From positions 16,961-80,960 of the IMG/VR virus record IMGVR_UViG_3300045988_080038: a stretch of 64,000 nucleotides of DNA. One strand, given 5' to 3'. The DNA is from a virus. The position numbers were made by a program, and so were the translations under genes. Shown here one piece after another: positions 16,666-25,535 of the stretch; within the stretch, counting starts at the first letter, position 1, and every line of letters starts with the position of its first letter. The notes beneath the pieces were generated by a model. The model saw nothing but the letters and a program-made list of their open reading frames with translations, had not been told where the DNA came from and made no database searches.

Positions 16666-19600
16666 TTACCATGCTGGACTAGGGTTTTTCCGCCGGTTGT
16701 TGTCGTTCTGGGCTTTTGTGACAGCTTTCGCAATAGCACGTCCGTCCAGATTGATCGTGTTGGAAATGTACTGCGGAGATGAGCTTCCACCGGCATTCAT
16801 GTTCATCATCGCCATGGCAACGCCCTGTGTTACCGCTTGTGTCATTTCTTCCTTACCTAGCCCAATGCTTCCGTTCGGAATGTTTCCGGTAATGCTGTCA
16901 GCGATACTCTTCATGGCCTGTTTATTGGTCAGCGGAAGGACTGCTTCCTTTCCGGCTTCACCGACACCAATCACAGATGCTGCATTGAAAAGACCGCCTT
17001 TGGCGTACCAGTCAACTCTCGAATTGTACCGCCACTTGTGGGTCTGCCCCTCTTGCCAATCAGTGTAATCCATGGATATGTGTGGAGTTCTGATGTTGAT
17101 TGACTCCATGCCGTTTCGGAGATTCTGCATAGCCGTTTGCCCGATACTGTACATATCTCCGAAATTTCGACTGATTGTATTAACTATACCGTTGATCGCA
17201 CCGCCTATGCTCGTGTCCATTGTTCCTCGGATGTAAGAAGATATATCCCTTCCCAGATTTTCCCATTTCTTGAGAGCGATTCTGTACTGGCTTCCAAAGT
17301 GGCTGCGGACGGTTTCGTCCATTCTGCCAAGCTCTGTACTTGCATCAACCTTCATCTGGCGGACATTTTTGGTTACTTCACGGGAAGAATTTCCCCAGTT
17401 CTTTGTCGCAGATATGCTTACACGGCTGAAGGATTTTTCAGCGCTTGTAGCTGCGGACGCAGAATTGATTTCAGTCTGTCCAGTAATGGTGTCCCAAGCC
17501 CCTTTAATTTTTGAACCGATTGAATCCCATGCTGTTTTGGTATTTGAACTAATAGTGTCCCACACGCCGGTTACAGTGTTCTTAATGTTTGTGAACGTAT
17601 CAATCACGCTTCCGATTCTGTCAGAAATTCCCTGTTTCAGTCCTGACATCAAAAATCCGCCGATCTCAGCAAAAACCGTAGACGGAGAATGAATACCAAA
17701 AAGGTTTTTAACACCGTTGATAATAGGGTCCGAGATGTTTGTTTTAAGCCATGTTCCAACAGTGGAAATCACGTTTTTAGCGCCGTTGTAAAGTCCATTG
17801 ATAAGGTTTGAGCCATGTGTGTAAAGCCAAGTTCCGGCAGTGCTGAATGCATTTTCTATTGCTTCCTTAGCTTTACCGGCAAATTCCGTAACAGTATCCC
17901 AATTTTGCCACAGAAGAAATCCACCGACAACAGCTCCGATAACAGCTAAGCCTATCGGACTGAACAGTACGCTGCCCAATGTAGAAAACGCTGTTGCCAT
18001 AGCTGGTGCAAAAGTTCCTGTAATCCAAGTTCCGATTGAACCAGCGAAGGCAGTTGCAGCTGGCCAAAGTTTGGTAGTTATAACTTCAAGGATTTTCGGA
18101 GCAATCTGTGTTGTTATGGTGGTCGGGATTGCTTTCAACTTGTCAACAGCTTCCAGAGCGTAAACTCCAACAGTTGTGCCTAATGTACTGGTTGAAAATG
18201 CAGTCGCTATTTTGCTGAGTGCTGTTCCCAGTAATGTTGCCGTAGCACTGGTCCCGGTCGGCAGTTTTCCCATAGCAACTAAGATAGATGATACCAGGGT
18301 ATCTGCCTTTGACACCAATCCTACACCGGCAAATGCAACTACAAACTTACCGGCTGTAGTTTCTCCTAATCCAGAAAAAATCCCGCCAAGAACATCCAGT
18401 AATACTGTTGCTAAATCCTTTAAATGGCTTCCCCAGTCTATCTGACTAAGGAATAGTCCGATGCCCCTTCCGAAGGATTCCCAGTCTGTTTCTCCTGCGA
18501 TATCAACCAGAGCATTCAGTAAGTTGGTGATGAAAGTGTTTAAGGATGTTCCGTTCTCTTTCCACTTGAACTTTCCGATAAAAGTATTGATTCCGTTGGA
18601 AATATTAGTTACCAATCCGCCCCAGTTGAATTTTTGTGTCCATGCAGCCAATGTCTGAAATGCACCGTTTAATCCGGTCGCAATCGTAGTTGCTATTTTG
18701 GAGAATGAAATTCTGCCAAAAGCTCCATTCATGGCATCAGCAACCGCAGTTCCCAACTGTTCCCAGCCAGTCAGACCGGCATTATTCTCTTTTGACATCT
18801 TCTGAACAAAACCGTCCAGAATATTCCAGCTTATCATAAAACCACTGCCAAGGAATTGGCCAAGGTTCGGCCAGTTAACTTCATCAATCATTCCACGAAG
18901 CCCCGTTGCCAGTTTGTTACCAATGTTTGTGAAGTCAATACCACCCGGGCCAATCAGAAGCTCAAAGGTGTTGACTAAAGTGTTGATACCGGCACCAACA
19001 GTACGCCCTAATCTATCCCAGTGAATGTTTTCGACAAGGCTGTTAAAAGATCGAGTAAAAGCATCACAAAATGCAGAGATCTTCGGTCCTACATTGCTCC
19101 AACTAATAACATCATAAATCTTCCGGATTCCGATATTAAGCATATCTGCAATGGTCTTTCCAAGTCCTTCCCAGTCATGGTTAAGAAAAGCTTTGCGGAT
19201 TTTTTCAGCCCATTTATTGATAGGGGTTTCTTCTTTGTTCAGAGCATCGTCTATCTGGTCCGTGATTCCGCCAAGACCCAATGACGGTGTTGTGCCGGTT
19301 CCAGTTTTACCCTTTCCGGTACTAGGTGTTGAACCGGATGAACTAGAATTATCTGTCAGCTGATTCAGTTCGTCAAATGGAAGAACAGAAAGAGCTTTCT
19401 TCAGAGTTTTTGCTGATGAAGTAGCATCGTCCAGCCCAGAAGCCGCTGCATCTCCGGCGTCCTGTAATCCGCTAAGGTCTGCTGCGGAATCTTCCAGTCC
19501 AGCAAGATCATTTACGACCCCGCTTGTGGAACCTTTGATTTTTTTACCCATCAGAACATACATGAAGTTACGGAATGTTTCCGCAGCCTGCATAAGTTTT

Positions 19601-21453
19601 GACATTAAGGCATTAAGAGCCTGGATTCCCGGAAGAACTGCTGCGATTAAGCCCTGCCCGATAACAGATGCAAGGGACTGGATGTTCAGAGTAAGGAGAC
19701 GTACTTGATTGGCCCAGGATCCGGCGGTCCTGGCAAAGTCCCCCTGCTGCGCACTTGTAACTGACATGATGTAGTTATAGCGCAGCATCGTTTTCTGAGC
19801 CTGCGTCATGGAATTATAGGCTGTTGTAATTCCTTGCGATAACGCATACTCCTGTAAATTGGCGACCGAAAGATTTATTCCGAGCTGTTTTAAAGGCTCG
19901 ATTTCACCTGAAATGCCCGCCCTGATTTTGTAGAAGGCGGTATCAGTATCAATGTTGTAAAAAGATGCCAAATCTCCGGCTAATCCTGCAAGAGTTGTTG
20001 ACATTTTCGCAGCGGATTCCTGCGCTACTCCAGAAGCATTCAGCATTGCCATCATGGTTCCGGAGTAATTCTTTGCTGCCAGTTCCGATAATCCAAACTG
20101 CTTTGTTGCTGTAGATGCAAACTTATACGCCTGATCTGCCATGCTTCCAAAAGCAACATCTACAACGTTCTCGACCTCAGCGATATCAGAGCCAATCTCA
20201 AGGATTCCTTTTCCACCCATGGCTTCGCTGAATTTGTTCATTACAGCTGAAGCCGCTTTGAAGCCAAGGACGGTCTTAATGAAAGAACCTACATTGAAAG
20301 ATGCTGTTTTTAGTCCGTTACTCCTATTGACTAGACTAGAGATTCCGGCTGCCAGAAATCCCAATCCACTCTTTGCTTTTGTCGCCACCCCACCGAGTAA
20401 CGAAGAAAGTCCCGAACCGATAGAGGAAAGCTTGTTAAAGGAATTGACCACAGTGTTCGTAGCGGTTCCTACTTTTCCACCGGCCGTCGCCAACTGCCCG
20501 AGGGCTTCAGTCATTCTCAGCGTATTCTCGCTGATCTGCGGAGCATCCTGCATGGCGGTAAAGAATTTCTTTATTTCTGTGGCCAGATTAGCCAGCTGCG
20601 ATGCTGTCTGTCCGGTTTTGTTGCCAGCACTTGCCAATCGTCCTATGGACTGTACAAACATGTTCGTAGATTCCGAAACAAGCCTTGTACTTGCCATGGA
20701 ATTGACGACTTTTCTTAATTCTTTTCCAAGGGTTTTTAAGCCCGATGCAGATTGGCTAGTCTTTTCTCCAGCATTAGCAAGTCTCGCCAGTGAACCTACA
20801 AACCGGTTGACACTGGAAGATACATCCTCAATATCATTTAAGCTATCGATGCTTTTGATGATTTCTCCCATCTTTGAAGTGTCAAATCCGCTCATATCCG
20901 CTGCTGCAAGTCTACTTAAGGAATTGATAACATTCGTGATTTTAGAATCCTTGAAGTTCATTCCGTTAAGAGCGTTCATGGTGCTGGAAATTTTTTCAAC
21001 GCCGGTTATTGCGGGCTGCATCTTCACAGCATCAATTTCTTGAAATTTTTGAATAGCGTTTACCGCTGATTTGACGTTTTTGGTATCAATCTTTGGGATT
21101 GAAATGTTCGAAGCACCTTTTAAAGAGCTTAATCCGGCAGCCAGATTCTGCAAGGATTTCGTACTCGCTCCAAGTGTCGTAAAGTCAACTTTTGATAAGC
21201 TTCGAAGCTGACCGGTTAATCCAGATAAGTCCGGAACACTAACTTTTGTTTTGTTTAAGGTCTGTAAAGCCGATGATACTCTTCCGATTTCACGAGCATA
21301 GTTTCTAAGTCCGCCGGTATTGACGTTTCCCAGTGCTGTGTCAACATCTTTTAACTTTTTAGCCAGATTTCCCAATGCTTTTGTAGCGTTCCTGGTACTA
21401 CTGTTTATTTGTATATCAAGGGTATCAATGGTATTATCAGCCACAAAAAACAC
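16666..21453 (-). CDS. Tape measure protein
   Basis: 1595 aa. Ala/Gly/Ser-rich repetitive helical sequence with hydrophobic central segments. Position after the G/GT chaperones. Confidence 0.85.
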   Translation of the reverse strand: MFFVADNTIDTLDIQINSSTRNATKALGNLAKKLKDVDTALGNVNTGGLRNYAREIGRVSSALQTLNKTKVSVPDLSGLTGQLRSLSKVDFTTLGASTKSLQNLAAGLSSLKGASNISIPKIDTKNVKSAVNAIQKFQEIDAVKMQPAITGVEKISSTMNALNGMNFKDSKITNVINSLSRLAAADMSGFDTSKMGEIIKSIDSLNDIEDVSSSVNRFVGSLARLANAGEKTSQSASGLKTLGKELRKVVNSMASTRLVSESTNMFVQSIGRLASAGNKTGQTASQLANLATEIKKFFTAMQDAPQISENTLRMTEALGQLATAGGKVGTATNTVVNSFNKLSSIGSGLSSLLGGVATKAKSGLGFLAAGISSLVNRSNGLKTASFNVGSFIKTVLGFKAASAVMNKFSEAMGGKGILEIGSDIAEVENVVDVAFGSMADQAYKFASTATKQFGLSELAAKNYSGTMMAMLNASGVAQESAAKMSTTLAGLAGDLASFYNIDTDTAFYKIRAGISGEIEPLKQLGINLSVANLQEYALSQGITTAYNSMTQAQKTMLRYNYIMSVTSAQQGDFARTAGSWANQVRLLTLNIQSLASVIGQGLIAAVLPGIQALNALMSKLMQAAETFRNFMYVLMGKKIKGSTSGVVNDLAGLEDSAADLSGLQDAGDAAASGLDDATSSAKTLKKALSVLPFDELNQLTDNSSSSGSTPSTGKGKTGTGTTPSLGLGGITDQIDDALNKEETPINKWAEKIRKAFLNHDWEGLGKTIADMLNIGIRKIYDVISWSNVGPKISAFCDAFTRSFNSLVENIHWDRLGRTVGAGINTLVNTFELLIGPGGIDFTNIGNKLATGLRGMIDEVNWPNLGQFLGSGFMISWNILDGFVQKMSKENNAGLTGWEQLGTAVADAMNGAFGRISFSKIATTIATGLNGAFQTLAAWTQKFNWGGLVTNISNGINTFIGKFKWKENGTSLNTFITNLLNALVDIAGETDWESFGRGIGLFLSQIDWGSHLKDLATVLLDVLGGIFSGLGETTAGKFVVAFAGVGLVSKADTLVSSILVAMGKLPTGTSATATLLGTALSKIATAFSTSTLGTTVGVYALEAVDKLKAIPTTITTQIAPKILEVITTKLWPAATAFAGSIGTWITGTFAPAMATAFSTLGSVLFSPIGLAVIGAVVGGFLLWQNWDTVTEFAGKAKEAIENAFSTAGTWLYTHGSNLINGLYNGAKNVISTVGTWLKTNISDPIINGVKNLFGIHSPSTVFAEIGGFLMSGLKQGISDRIGSVIDTFTNIKNTVTGVWDTISSNTKTAWDSIGSKIKGAWDTITGQTEINSASAATSAEKSFSRVSISATKNWGNSSREVTKNVRQMKVDASTELGRMDETVRSHFGSQYRIALKKWENLGRDISSYIRGTMDTSIGGAINGIVNTISRNFGDMYSIGQTAMQNLRNGMESINIRTPHISMDYTDWQEGQTHKWRYNSRVDWYAKGGLFNAASVIGVGEAGKEAVLPLTNKQAMKSIADSITGNIPNGSIGLGKEEMTQAVTQGVAMAMMNMNAGGSSSPQYISNTINLDGRAIAKAVTKAQNDNNRRKNPSPAW

Positions 21454-21492
21454 CTCCTTTTAATCAAAAAAAATAAGGGCAGACAAGACTTT

Positions 21493-21852
21493 TTATTTAT
21501 CTTGCCTGCCCTTTTCATTTCCTATTTCAGCTATATTCGCATTTGCCTTTTTTATCAGAAGTTCGTAGTAACGTTCCTCCTGCTTCAATTCAGCTTCAGA
21601 TCGTTTCGGAACATCTGTTTTTTCTTCAATCTGTGGTTTCTTTGTTTTTTCTGTGATTGGTTTATCTGGATATTTTGCTTTGTCAGAAAGCGCACTTGCT
21701 ACCGCAGATTTCACATATAAGCCGGAAAGCCATGACTGATATTCAATCAGTTTTACCTGAGTTTCTATCTCATCACGTTTACTTTTCTCGTACTCACGTA
21801 TCCTTATTTGAAGGTCACGTATGGTACTTCTGAGAAATTCTTTCCGGCTCAT
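21493..21852 (-). CDS. Tail assembly chaperone frameshift extension (gpT-like)
   Basis: The frame is open upstream past the stop of 21891..22367 and lies at -1 relative to it. An A6 run (21911-21906) sits in the overlap. Confidence 0.5.
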   Translation of the reverse strand: MSRKEFLRSTIRDLQIRIREYEKSKRDEIETQVKLIEYQSWLSGLYVKSAVASALSDKAKYPDKPITEKTKKPQIEEKTDVPKRSEAELKQEERYYELLIKKANANIAEIGNEKGRQDK

Positions 21853-21890
21853 TCCGATGCGAACTGCCGCCGGATATAGCTCTGTCCAGA

Positions 21891-22367
21891 TTATTTCGCT
21901 GTAGCTTTTTTCTGGTGATCTGTTGGCTTCTTCGGAGCTCTCTTCGGCTTGGTTGACATGTTCATGTCGTCCATGAGTGTCTCCAGACCGGCCAGTTTGA
22001 AAAAACCGTCTTCCTCCATTTGTTCAAGACACATGGCAAAAATACCGTAAAAGTTACCCTGCTCATCATCCTTATGTTCCTGAATGAATTGTGCTGCAAG
22101 TTTCTTCGCAGTTGCAAGATTCGGAACAGAACCGTCTGCATCCGGGTTGTCACCATGATACTGAAGAAGCCCTGCATAAAACACGGTTAATGCTGTGTTC
22201 GGAATATTTGCCATGCCGGAGATCATTTCTTCCGGCGTTTTGTCCACACCACCGCTTGTTGCCAGAAGCGTGTTCATTACACTCTTGACACAATCATCAT
22301 ACAAAGATGCTTCAATGCCGTATTCGAGTTTGTACTCTTTACTACCAATTTTTAAAAGCTTATACAT
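21891..22367 (-). CDS. Tail assembly chaperone (gpG-like)
   Basis: Position between the major tail and tape measure genes. Acidic 158-aa protein. Confidence 0.6.
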   Translation of the reverse strand: MYKLLKIGSKEYKLEYGIEASLYDDCVKSVMNTLLATSGGVDKTPEEMISGMANIPNTALTVFYAGLLQYHGDNPDADGSVPNLATAKKLAAQFIQEHKDDEQGNFYGIFAMCLEQMEEDGFFKLAGLETLMDDMNMSTKPKRAPKKPTDHQKKATAK

Positions 22368-22397
22368 AATATTTTTCCTCCCAGTTAGATATATTTG

Positions 22398-22883
22398 TTA
22401 TTCGCCTTCAGTTGGCTTGATTGCTGTGTCTGGGCCGACATACTCATTGATAGTCAGGGACATGTCAACAGTAAGAAGACCGTTCTGGTCTCTTGCCGGT
22501 TTTGGAATGATAGTCGGCGGCTCGATTTTGGTGAAGAATGCTTTCTGAAGTGCCGGGTAATATTCCTCATACCACATAGACAGACCGCTCGCGTGAGCTG
22601 TTTTGTAAGCGGAGATAAGGTCTTCCCACTCTTTGATTGTTTCGTCTGTAACGTTTACGGTTACATTAAACGTACCGCCGGTTGAACCACGACCTGCGAT
22701 AGTTCTCTCGATTTCGTCTTCAAGAGCGGATGCGTCGATAGTCTCAACATCGATATTAATTTCATCAGAAGCGTTTATTCTGTGAAGCTGTTTAAATTTT
22801 GCTGGTTTTGTTCCCGCTACTGTCTCTACTGCATAACCGGTAAGAGCACCAACGGTACTGATTCCTGCGATATTTCCTGCCAT
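22398..22883 (-). CDS. Major tail protein
   Basis: MAGNIAGISTVGALTGYAVETVAGTKP...IDASALEDEIERTIAGRGSTGG resembles phi13/TP901-type major tail proteins. Synteny supports the call. Confidence 0.65.
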   Translation of the reverse strand: MAGNIAGISTVGALTGYAVETVAGTKPAKFKQLHRINASDEINIDVETIDASALEDEIERTIAGRGSTGGTFNVTVNVTDETIKEWEDLISAYKTAHASGLSMWYEEYYPALQKAFFTKIEPPTIIPKPARDQNGLLTVDMSLTINEYVGPDTAIKPTEGE

Positions 22884-22989
22884 ATTGGCTCCTTTCCGCC
22901 TTTCGGCTATAAATTACTGCATAAAAAAAGAGCCATTACGGCTCTGACACGTAACCCTGTGCCCGGGAGATAAAAGGATCACCGCCCTT

Positions 22990-23283
22990 CTACTCTTCTT
23001 TGCTTACTTGTTTAATGACCTGATTCACATAAGTGCTCAATCCTGCGACAAGAATACCTTGTGTGATTGCGGTAAAGACTGCCATTGCAGCTTCCTGACC
23101 GCCTGTGACTGTAGATGTAGCAAAAACATAGATTCCGCAGACAACTACGCCCAGAAGTCCAAGGATTCCAGGAATATACTTGTCAGCTACGGTTTCAGCC
23201 TGTTTGAGGAATACTCCCACAAAATACAGGACTACAGCTACAACCAGGAGTTCCGGTTTCACATAGTTCATAATCTGATCCAT
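22990..23283 (-). CDS. Holin-like three-TM membrane protein (Hol118/A118-like)
   Basis: 97 aa. The pattern PELLVVAVVLYFVGVFLKQ...KYIPGILGLLGVVV...GILVAGLSTY with a charged C-tail parallels the Listeria A118 holin as I recall it. Confidence 0.45.
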   Translation of the reverse strand: MDQIMNYVKPELLVVAVVLYFVGVFLKQAETVADKYIPGILGLLGVVVCGIYVFATSTVTGGQEAAMAVFTAITQGILVAGLSTYVNQVIKQVSKEE

Positions 23284-23298
23284 TCTATCTCACCCCTT

Positions 23299-23706
23299 TC
23301 ATTCACCGAGCAACTGCCCAGTGTAAATTCTTGTGTATCGGCTAACAAGCCGTTTGATGCTATCGTCAGCGTTCCCCATGAGTTCAGGACCGTAAGTTCT
23401 ACGAAATCCCATGCCAATCATGGACTGATGACTTTTTTCGTCAATTTGATATACTTTCGCAAGCGGAGCTGTACCTGCGGCGAAGCACTCAATCTGGATA
23501 GTTGGAACCGTGGCACATTCATCGCCTTCAAGGTCTCCTTCTGTCAGAACATTTCCCAACATGTAAAGTCTTGCATAGGTTTTCTTTCCAGATGCAAGAG
23601 TTTGGCTTCTGTCCATGGAAAAATTTCCTTTACCAACTACAGGTTCGATCGCTTTATTCCAGCGTTTGTATATCTCGGATATCGGGTTTTTTAATATTTC
23701 CGGCAT
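23299..23706 (-). CDS. Head-tail joining / tail terminator-like protein
   Basis: ORF track. Synteny directly upstream of the major tail region. Confidence 0.4.
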   Translation of the reverse strand: MPEILKNPISEIYKRWNKAIEPVVGKGNFSMDRSQTLASGKKTYARLYMLGNVLTEGDLEGDECATVPTIQIECFAAGTAPLAKVYQIDEKSHQSMIGMGFRRTYGPELMGNADDSIKRLVSRYTRIYTGQLLGE

Positions 23707-24379
23707 TTACATCACCTTGTCTGATAATACGAATTATTTCATTTATGTTTACATAATTATTAATAAGTAAAACTGATAACCGTTCAAGCCTTCTTATTTC
23801 AGATTCAATATCTTCCGGAAACAAAGAATATATATTTCCAGAAATGGTAACCCCAAGCATTTCTTGAATTTCCGTGATTGAATTTGTTTTAAATATTGAC
23901 GTCAATATCGCTTCCGTGAAAACATTGGGAACATAATACCCTTTCAAAGAATAGGCAAATTTCTCTATCTCTGCGTTTTCGATTTGCATGTCTTTGATTT
24001 CTTTTTCAATTTGATTTGCATATTCTTCAATAGAAATATGTTTACCGTTAGAGGTAAGATAAATAATCGTAGGATTAACATTAGTATTTTTATCGATATT
24101 TTTATTTTTCGTGTTCCCTTTGGAAGAAACAATCTCATCCACAATGTGAACAATTTCATTTTTGCCAATTCCAGTAAACCATTCATTGCTTATTTTGTGA
24201 GAACTGATTTTCTTGTGTATTAAAGCTTCGACAGCATATCTGTTACTCAGCTCTTGACTTTGATACACCAGCTTTAGATAAGGATTCCCTATCTTTAAAT
24301 TCTTTAATCTAGTCTCTGGTTCGATTGACACGCCTATTTTGTAGGCATCTCCGGACTTCATTACATAAATTTTTTTCAT
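23654..24379 (-). CDS. GIY-YIG superfamily (T5orf172-type) nuclease-like protein
   Basis: MKKIYVMKSGDAYKIGVSIEPETRLKNLKIGNPYLKLVY...ISNEWF matches the T5orf172 pattern. AT-rich gene inside the structural module. Confidence 0.65.
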   Translation of the reverse strand: MKKIYVMKSGDAYKIGVSIEPETRLKNLKIGNPYLKLVYQSQELSNRYAVEALIHKKISSHKISNEWFTGIGKNEIVHIVDEIVSSKGNTKNKNIDKNTNVNPTIIYLTSNGKHISIEEYANQIEKEIKDMQIENAEIEKFAYSLKGYYVPNVFTEAILTSIFKTNSITEIQEMLGVTISGNIYSLFPEDIESEIRRLERLSVLLINNYVNINEIIRIIRQGDVNAGNIKKPDIRDIQTLE

Positions 24380-24481
24380 TGCATCCTACCATGAAAAAAG
24401 CACCTACCTTTCCGGTAGATGCTTCGCATCTTAATTGTACAAAATATGTGCCATATGTTTCCATATTTTAGCATAGGATGT

Positions 24482-25003
24482 TTAACTTCCAAACACTTCC
24501 TTTGCAATATGCCGTATCTGAATAATGATAGCTTCTTCCGTATGGTACATCGGCATGTATGCCCTGTTACCATAAGAATGATGCTTTTGTCCACTTTCAT
24601 CCACATACCACCATCCGTTTGGGTCGTAGGCGTGCTTTTGATCTGGGTAAGTACCAACGCCATAATCAGCGCCAGACGGTAATGGATAGCTGTCCGTTCC
24701 GTAAGAAATACCGGCGCTAAACTCGATAAAAAGAACCTTGTCCCCAGAAAGGCGGACCGCTGCACCAATAATATCTCCATGTCCGTTATTAATAACTTCC
24801 GTGTAGTAAGAACCTTTTTCTTCGGCCGGAACAGATTCCATTGTGGTTTGGATAACCTGTATTCCTTCTTGAGCCAGTTTGTCGATGAAAATCTGGTTCT
24901 TCCTTTGAATATCTTTCTGGTATGCTTCCAACTGCCGAATCGCAGACTGCAAAGAATTATGGTTCAAACTGCACCGGATTGTTTTCCTACTCATTGTTGC
25001 CAC
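24482..25003 (-). CDS. Neck/tail-completion protein (HK97 gp10-like position)
   Basis: ORF track; synteny only. Confidence 0.35.
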   Translation of the reverse strand: MATMSRKTIRCSLNHNSLQSAIRQLEAYQKDIQRKNQIFIDKLAQEGIQVIQTTMESVPAEEKGSYYTEVINNGHGDIIGAAVRLSGDKVLFIEFSAGISYGTDSYPLPSGADYGVGTYPDQKHAYDPNGWWYVDESGQKHHSYGNRAYMPMYHTEEAIIIQIRHIAKEVFGS

Positions 25004-25400
25004 CGATTTTCGCTATTCCATATCGGGCGACTTGTCCTTTTTGAGTATCAAGGATTCTCTTAAGCCTGTAGTCTGGAAGAACAGTCGGGCTGTTATCTCC
25101 ATCAAGGATTAATGTTCCGTCTTTCCTAATTTCTGGCACGACATCAATCCACAAGACGTTGCCTTCTTTTGGCTGAAATGTTCGGTCAAAAACCGTAATG
25201 TACCGGTCGTAGTCAGGAACAATTCCGGCAGACAGTTCTTCTGGCGTACCGGCTGTTGCTGATACTGAAATGTTCTTCTTTTGTGGGTTTGAATAGACAA
25301 GCGTTTTATCCATTCCATTGTTTTTTTCTGTTACTGTCGAAATCCATACGGATTGTTTCTGGCGAAGTCTACCTCTCATATATGCACCCTCCATTGACAA
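24987..25400 (-). CDS. Head closure / head-tail adaptor-like protein
   Basis: ORF track; synteny and size. Confidence 0.4.
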   Translation of the reverse strand: MSMEGAYMRGRLRQKQSVWISTVTEKNNGMDKTLVYSNPQKKNISVSATAGTPEELSAGIVPDYDRYITVFDRTFQPKEGNVLWIDVVPEIRKDGTLILDGDNSPTVLPDYRLKRILDTQKGQVARYGIAKIGGNNE

Positions 25401-25535
25401 AATTACTTTTTTATGTTATTTTTATACAGAAATCAGGGAACAGCATATCCCCAGATTTCATAATCTTCCAGCCCCCAGTTCCTCAGTTCTGGGGACTTTT
25501 TTATTTTAAGATAAATTAATTAAAGCCCTCTTTAG

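Noticed and set aside
20141-21043. 300-aa plus-strand ORF inside the tape measure gene
   Set aside because: This is an antisense shadow of the Ala/Gly/Ser-rich TMP. The sequence is low-complexity and the ORF has no independent signals.
24376-24780. 134-aa minus-strand ORF overlapping 24482..25003
   Set aside because: It is out of frame with, and mostly inside, a better-placed syntenic gene. It has no RBS and an odd composition.
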